Below, one piece after another: positions 33,139 through 40,000 of a DNA stretch of 40,000 nt. A program made the translations under genes and the position numbers. Position 1 is the stretch's first letter, and each line of letters starts with the position of its first letter. Under the pieces are notes generated by a model that saw nothing but the letters and a program-made list of their open reading frames with translations, was not told the DNA's origin and ran no database searches. Source of the stretch: Perkinsela sp. CCAP 1560/9 (lineage: Eukaryota; Protista; Euglenozoa: Kinetoplastea); the NCBI GenBank assembly GCA_965644495.1, contig CBFFSA010000064.1, forward strand, positions 1-40,000. Reading direction: 5' to 3'.

Positions 33139-33922
33139 CGTGCAATGTACAGGTTTCAACGCCACAGCGAAGCACAACATGTTGACCAAGTTTCTGTATG
33201 ATCTTTGCATGAAAGCCGGTATTCCATGCGAAAGAGAGCCGCGTTCTTTTAGCACGTGGAGTTGTCTAACATGCGGAAATACAGTCGACTACAACAATCA
33301 GCATCTCCACCACAAAACATGCGGAGGACGGCAGTTTCATCGCTCAGGCCCGGATCTTGCGATCTACTGGAACAGTGGCGTGGTGTTCTACGACCTAACT
33401 GTGGTGCACGAGCTCGCGCCTTCCCATCGGAATAAAAAGTGTTCCCAACTCGTGCGAGAAGCTATACAGCGGAAAAATGAAACATACGTCAATAGTGGCA
33501 TGATTCCGGCGGAAGCTTTTGAGTGCCTTCCTGTCTTGTCTGCTGGTCTTTACATAAGAGCACACGGGGCCTAATTAAATCACTGACGGATGTCTGCCTG
33601 TTGGATACCCAAAACACCGAACAGGCATTCAAGTTGCTACTCCAAGAGCTGAACGGATCCGAAGTATACGCACAGCTCCGACATTTTTTGGAGCCTCAAG
33701 ACTATCAGAAAAGCACTATTCTTTAAGAAATCAAAAGTACAGAAAAGATACAAATTGGAATTATAAAGCCTGCGAAGAGATAGACAAAAATCAGTACTAA
33801 AAGTTTATGTAAACTTGAGAAAGTAATTTTGATTACGTCTTATATCGAAAAAAAAAAAATAGTGGAGAAAGGAGTGGATCGAAACTATTTTCGATGCAAA
33901 AAAAAAAAAAAAAAAAAAAAAA
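33139..33922 (+). pseudogene. Element C, unit 3, with a 63-bp longer 3' end
   Basis: Extra sequence 33860-33922 ending in ~A25. Confidence 0.8.
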
Positions 33923-36606
33923 CTAGCCCGCGAAGGCTAGGTACGCCAAGTGAGGTAGTACACGGGCAGTGAATCTCCTCCCCGTCGGCTAGCATCCTGT
34001 TTCGCGACCGTGTCGCTGTCGACACAGGCCCGCGCCTGCGCCCTCCTGTATAACAAGGGAAGGGTTCACAAGTCAGGCCGTGGAGAGGTCGAAAGACCCG
34101 GCCCGGAACGCGCGAATGGATTGGGCATAGATTGCTTGTTTTTATTGTTATTGTTTTTATTGTTCTTATACTTACGGGAGATCGAATTCCTAGTTTTGGG
34201 TTCCAAAATATGAAATTGCTAATTTGATTGCTTGTTTTAAAATCATGTACCCCCCCCCCCAATGGACCTACTTGGTTCGTCTAATGGGTCAAAATATAGA
34301 GGCAATGCCGCAAAAAAAAAAAAAAAAAATGTTCACAGACAGTGACACTAAACAAAAGGATTAAATCCCCAAATGCATCCGTGATATAAGAGTTGAAGTT
34401 TCCTTATTGTAAGACCTCGTTGTCAAATCATATTCAGCGCGGGATACCAACTACGCCCGCACCGCTCTTCTTCTCTCTTCTTCTTCTTCTATTCCGCGCG
34501 GAGTTTTTTTGAAAAGGTGGGATGCCCAGCGGCGCGGCACCCGTCGTGGGAACGCACGCTCCGCATAAAAGACGTTGTTCTGAATCTCGAGGCGGTTTTA
34601 CCCACAGAAGCTGCATTCGCAGGCCTTTCAGTGCAATTTTCGCCGGGACAGCCCACAGAAAACACCCTTTACCTGAGAGAGGTGCATTTGGGAACGTGAA
34701 TACGAAACGAGCGAACAGATCACCCGTCCACAAAATCGTGGAGCATCGAGTGTCGCCGAGTAAATTGAAAGGTGTGATGGAGAAACAGGCGGAATGAGGT
34801 GGAATACAATGGTGTGCTGCATGGCGAGGTTGTGGTGTTTGTTTGCGCTGTTGGGGGTAGAGGTGTCTAGTTTGGTGTGAATTTGTTATCGCATTGGATG
34901 TTTCTGTGAAAATCATATTTTCCGGAGTAAGCATACGGTGGGGGGGAATACAATGGTGCGCTGCGTGGTGCGTCGGGTGTGCTTGTTGTGGCGTTTGAAG
35001 AGTAGATGTGTCTACGTTGTAGGGATGGTGTCTGTTTCATTATGGAGTATTGTACGATGCTTGCAAAAAAAATACTTGCCCTGAGATGAATGTTCACAGA
35101 CAGTGGCACATGTGCTGCGCTGTTTGAATCAGCTTGTGATCATCAAAGCCACAACGCTCGAGAAACACACATGCACTCATCTCCTTTTTCGTTTGGCTTT
35201 TTTTTTCTTCGTTGTCTTCGCCCTCCCCTCGACACCCCCTTGGTCGCCCTCTGTTGCCCCCTGCGTCGCTCTGCCGCGCCGCTTTTCGCCCCCCACCCAC
35301 TGCGCTGTCCCCTTCGCCGCCCATTCCCCCTCCCTCCCTGCTCCCACCTGCGCCACTCTTTCCCTTCCCACAACAACAACAACAACAACACTGATATAAT
35401 CAGTTAAGGGGTTAATATTTTCCCTTAAACATCTTCACACCTTAGATTAAAAACACTGACCACACAACTGTTTACCATATCTCAAATTTAATGTTTGTTT
35501 TAATGAGTCCTCGCATAATGATGAGTCTTTTCATTACAATAAACCAGGAAATGGAACCACCAACGCCCCTAGAGTTCAACGCAAATTGAAGGTATCAACT
35601 ACTTGAGCGCTTCCCTTCCCACTCTTTCCCTTCATCCCCTCTGCCACCCCCTCACGCTGCATCTCGAAGAATGGCGCCGCCCGGTACCGAATATAACAAG
35701 GTACTAAAAAACTAGTGTAGGCGTCATTCACGCTTTTCTTTTCTTTTTTCTTTCTTTCTGCGGCTTGCAACTAGCCCATGATAACGGGGCTAGGGTAACA
35801 ATTTGGAGAGATACGAGCTTGTTGAAGCTGAGGTTTGGCCTGTTGAAGCTGAGGAGCCAGTCCGCTCGAGGGGATACCACCCTAGAAGACTTGGTCCGTT
35901 GAAGCTGAGGTGCTAAAACCGTTGAAGCTGAGAGTCGACACTCCCAAACTATGCCAGCAAGCAGGCAAGGGGTCAAGGAGCACTGCTTTTGGCAGTGTCC
36001 GGGTGTGGCGAACCCCACCCTCCTAGCTAATCCAGATTCCCGCAGCGGACTTTCAGTCTGCGCGTTAGCTGGATCGGCTTGCATTGGCTCTGTGCTGCAA
36101 TCCTTTTAGGTCTGCGCATGGGTCGTGCGGGTCGGAGCTACCTTCGGCTCTCTCCGAGGAGGCAACACCCCGTCTACGGGGTTTTTACCTGAATACATAA
36201 CATAACATAACTTGCCCTGAGATGAATGTTCACAGACAGTGGCACATGTGCTGCGCTGTTTGAATCAGCATGTGAGCATCAAAGCCACAACGCTCGAGAA
36301 ACACACATGCACTCATCTCCTTTTTCGTTTGGCATTTGCCACGTTTTTCAGTTTTTTGTTCTAAAAGTGACGTTCGATTTGGGGTGGTGTGGATCGCGCT
36401 TTGGAGCCAGGAAGTCGTGCGAGGCTGTCGGCTATCCGAACGGCGGCTTCTCGAATCTTGTCCCGCTGGGAGGTGCAGAATGGCATCGGAGAGATGAAAA
36501 CAAATCAAGCACGATTAGATTCATACGGACGAATTCTTAGCTGGAGAGAATGGTTGAAAACTGTTCACTCGATCTTGATCAGTTCCTTGTGGTAGAGACT
36601 CGGAAG

Positions 36607-36687
36607 GCGTCTATACCCAAATGGTTAAGGGGCCTGACTTGAAATCAGGTGTGTTCTCACGCGCAGGTTCAAACCATGCTGGGCGCG
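36607..36687 (+). tRNA. tRNA-Ser-TGA: tRNA-Ser(UGA) copy A, unit 4
   Basis: Same variants as unit 3. Confidence 0.7.
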
Positions 36688-37039
36688 TTTTCCTTCCACA
36701 AGCGTTGTCAAATCATATTCAGCGCGGGGTACCAACTACGCCCGCACCGCTCTTCTTCTCTCTTCTTCTTCTTCTATTCCGCGCGGAGTTTTTTTGAAAA
36801 GGTGGGATGCCCAGCGGCGCGGCACCCGTCGTGGGAACTCACGCTCCGCATAAAAGACGTTGTTCTGAATCTCGAGGCGGTTTTACCCACAGAAGCTGCA
36901 TTCGCAGGCCTTTCAGTGCAATTTTCGCCAGGACAGCCCACAGAAAACACCCTTTACCTGAGAGAGGTGCATTTGGGAACGTGAATACGAAACGAGCGAA
37001 CAGATCACCCGCCCACAAAATCGTGGAGCATCGAGATTA

Positions 37040-37766
37040 GTGCCCAGCAGACTATTCACCCTTGCGGTAATGCCTCGTTTTGGACTGGCACATCCCAGGC
37101 TCCCTGCACACCTACAGTGCCCCGGGTGTCACACCTTGCTGACTTCCGAGAACGCTATTTCCCACGTGGCTGGATGCTCGACTTGCACTGGTAACAACGC
37201 GACAACGAAGCACAACAAAATGGTCCACAGACTGTATGAATTATGCATCAAAGCAGGCATTCCTTGTGAACGAGAACCCCGGCAGTTCTCTACGTACACG
37301 TGTGGCAAATGTGGAGCTCATCTGGATGGGGATTCTAAACCATCACACCAAAGGATCTGCGGATCAGGATCTTTTCACCACTCAGGGCCGGATCTAGTTA
37401 TTCACTGGGCCGACGGAGACGTATTCTACGACTTCACCATTGTGCATGAACTATGTCCTTCGAATTTAACGCGAGGCGGCACAATCCTTATGAGGGACGC
37501 CATCAAACGGAAGAACAAGCAACACGTACGTAGCCTCAAAACTGCTCCCCCAAATCCAATTTCAGTGCATACCGATGCTTGCAGGAGGAGCTATGCACGC
37601 TAACACAAAGAACCTACTTCTCGCTTTAGCCGACGCGTGTGGATTAGAGCGGGATTACGTGATCCAAGATTTTACACTTCGATTACAAGAATTCAACGGA
37701 TCGGTTGTTCTCTCGCAACTTGGCAAATTTCTAGTGCCGCAGAGCCGAGAAGATACGGCGATTTAA
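37040..37766 (+). pseudogene. Element A RLE ORF, unit 4, broken by a 4-bp insertion near 37520
   Basis: AACAAGCAACACGTAC versus AACAAGACGTAC in the other units. Confidence 0.8.
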
Positions 37767-38349
37767 TCAACCATTCTTTATTAATTATGAAAACTTGAGA
37801 AAGTAATTGTGGTTCCGGCTCAACACATGAGAGAAAATCATATTATTCATTATCTGAAAACATCTGTCAGTTTCTTCGTCTGTAGGTTCCTTTGAGATAC
37901 AGTTTATTTTAAACGAGCGAACAGATCACCTGCCCACAAAATCGTGGAGATTTTCCACGTCCACCCCGTTACATCGTGTCTCAAGCCTCCTTTGCGTAAG
38001 CAGCTCGCAATTTAGCGGCTGCGCTGGAGCCTGGTTCAACTCGGCGGTTCCGGGTTGGTCCTCCAGGGGAGCGGGGTTGGGTGTGGGCCTTGAAGGCACT
38101 CCTGATCGCTTTCCCTTTGTAGTGAGGCCGCCAGGTTGCGAGTTTTGTCGATAGCGGGAATCGAACCCACAACCTACAGGTTGTAAGGCCCACCGTCTAC
38201 CAACTACGCCCGCACCGCACTTATGGCATCGGAGAGATGAAAACAAATCAAGCACGATTAGATTCATACGGACGAATTCTTAGCTGGAGAGAATGGTTGA
38301 AAACTGTTCACTCGATCTTGATCAGTTCCTTGTGGTAGAGACTCGGAAG

Positions 38350-38430
38350 GCGTCTATACCCAAGTGGTTAAGGGGCCTGACTTGAAATCAGGTGTGTTCT
38401 CACGCGCAGGTTGAAACCCTGCTGGGCGCG
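38350..38430 (+). tRNA. tRNA-Ser-TGA: tRNA-Ser(UGA) copy B, unit 4
   Basis: Same as 20023-20103. Confidence 0.75.
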
Positions 38431-38447
38431 TTTTCCTTCCACAAGCG

Positions 38448-39200
38448 TTGTCATGGCTCACCTCAAATTCTAGACTTGTACCTACGCGACTTTTCAAGTT
38501 AGCAGTTATGCCACGCATTGGGATTGCACATCCGAGCCTCCCCTCCAATTTACAGTGTCCAGGGTGCCATGCATTACTTAACCCCCGTACAGCGCTCACG
38601 CACGTGTCCGGGTGCGTCAAATGTTCAGGCAATAACGCAACGGCAAAGCACAACAAGATGGTTCGGAATATTTATGAATTATGCATAAAATCAGGTCTGC
38701 CCTTTGAGCTGGAACCCAGACAGTTCTCCACCTACACTTGCGCAAAATGTGGAGCAAGCGTGGATGGCGACGGCAAATCCCATCACCAAAGAACCTGCGG
38801 ATCCGGATCTTTTTATCATTCGGGCCCAGATATCGTGATTCATTGGGCAAGCGGAGATGTATACTACGATTTCACCATCGGCCACGAGCTATCGCAATCA
38901 AATGTTGGACGTAGCACCGCTCAGCTTTTCCGTGATGCCATAAAACGCAAAGTCTCCAAATACGTGGCGTCTAAGCTTATTCCTAATGAGCAATTCCAAT
39001 GTGTACCAATGCTCTCCGGCGGTGCAATGCACAGCAACACCAAAGCGCTTATCACAACCCTGGCTGATGCATGTGGACTCGAACGGGACTTCGTAGTACA
39101 GGATTTCACCCTTCGACTACAGGAACTTAACGGTTCAGTGGTGATGTCCCAACTCCGCAAATACATAGCCACAACTCAAGTGGACAATACGGCTTTTTAG
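38448..39200 (+). CDS. Zn-knuckle + RLE ORF of element B, unit 4
   Basis: Identical protein. Confidence 0.55.
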   Translation: MSWLTSNSRLVPTRLFKLAVMPRIGIAHPSLPSNLQCPGCHALLNPRTALTHVSGCVKCSGNNATAKHNKMVRNIYELCIKSGLPFELEPRQFSTYTCAKCGASVDGDGKSHHQRTCGSGSFYHSGPDIVIHWASGDVYYDFTIGHELSQSNVGRSTAQLFRDAIKRKVSKYVASKLIPNEQFQCVPMLSGGAMHSNTKALITTLADACGLERDFVVQDFTLRLQELNGSVVMSQLRKYIATTQVDNTAF

Positions 39201-39292
39201 GCACGTGCGAGTTTTTCGGTAGGCGTTGACTATTGATATAAGAGTTGAAGTTTAGACGACTGAAAGTCTATGAAAAGAAACTGAGATGAATG

Positions 39293-40000
39293 CGTGCAAT
39301 GTACAGGTTTCAACGCCACAGCGAAGCACAACATGTTGACCAAGTTTCTGTATGATCTTTGCATGAAAGCCGGTATTCCATGCGAAAGAGAGCCGCGTTC
39401 TTTTAGCACGTGGAGTTGTCTAACATGCGGAAATACAGTCGACTACAACAATCAGCATCTCCACCACAAAACATGCGGAGGACGGCAGTTTCATCGCTCA
39501 GGCCCGGATCTTGCGATCTACTGGAACAGTGGCGTGGTGTTCTACGACCTAACTGTGGTGCACGAGCTCGCGCCTTCCCATCGGAATAAAAAGTGTTCCT
39601 AACTCGTGCGAGAAGCTATACAGCGGAAAAATGAAACATACGTCAATAGTAGCATGATTCCGGCGGAAGCTTTTGAGTGCCTTCCTGTCTTGTCTGCTGG
39701 TCTTTACATAAGAGCACACGGGGCCTAATTAAATCACTGACGGATGTCTGCCTGTTGGATACCCAAAACACCGAACAGGCATTCAAGTTGCTACTCCAAG
39801 AGCTGAACGGATCCGAAGTATACGCACAGCTCCGACATTTTTTGGAGCCTCAAGACTATCAGAAAAGCACTATTCTTTAAGAAATCAAAAGTACAGAAAA
39901 GATACAAATTGGAATTATAAAGCCTGCGAAGAGATAGACAAAAATCAGTACTAAAAGTTTATGTAAACTTGAGAAAGTAATTTTGATTACGTCTTATATA
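39293..40000 (+). pseudogene. Element C, unit 4, with an additional nonsense mutation
   Basis: CAA>TAA at 39600-39602. Confidence 0.8.

Larger units (their letters stand above)
16161..40000. repeat. Macrosatellite of ~6.1-kb near-identical tandem units (16161-22200, 22201-28287, 28288-34437, 34438 to window end)
   Basis: The ORF track repeats with offsets of 6086/6087/6150; units differ by a few SNPs and indels. Confidence 0.97.

Overview
Eukaryotic, repeat-saturated window with a subtelomere-like layout; I recognise no ordinary cellular protein gene. (1) 1-706 is a near-perfect (CCTCTTTCTT)n satellite. (2) 0.7-13 kb holds broken non-LTR retrotransposons of two main kinds: APE-RT LINEs (RTE-like, with 18-bp tandem repeats at the 5' end and an ORF starting MADASGT) and CRE-clade-like elements with a C-terminal CCHC knuckle plus restriction-like endonuclease (RLE). 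One intact-looking tRNA-Ser(UGA) lies among them. (3) 13-16 kb has a MITE-like palindrome, 27-bp and 67-bp minisatellites and a tRNA pseudogene. (4) From 16161 to the window end are about four near-identical ~6.1-kb tandem units. Each unit resolves into two copies of an ancestral ~1.15-kb tRNA-Ser monomer invaded by nested retroposons, with duplications of 39, 8, 20 and 124 bp still readable. The insertions are three different RT-less Zn-finger/RLE 3' ends, a tRNA-headed SINE-like element and two structured non-coding elements sharing a 5' hairpin. The most unusual points are the amplified nuclease-only ORFs, a second CCHC finger inside the RLE domain, and a microinversion whose reversal fuses the LINE ORF to the terminal satellite. 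Clade names come from motifs read by eye; no search was run.
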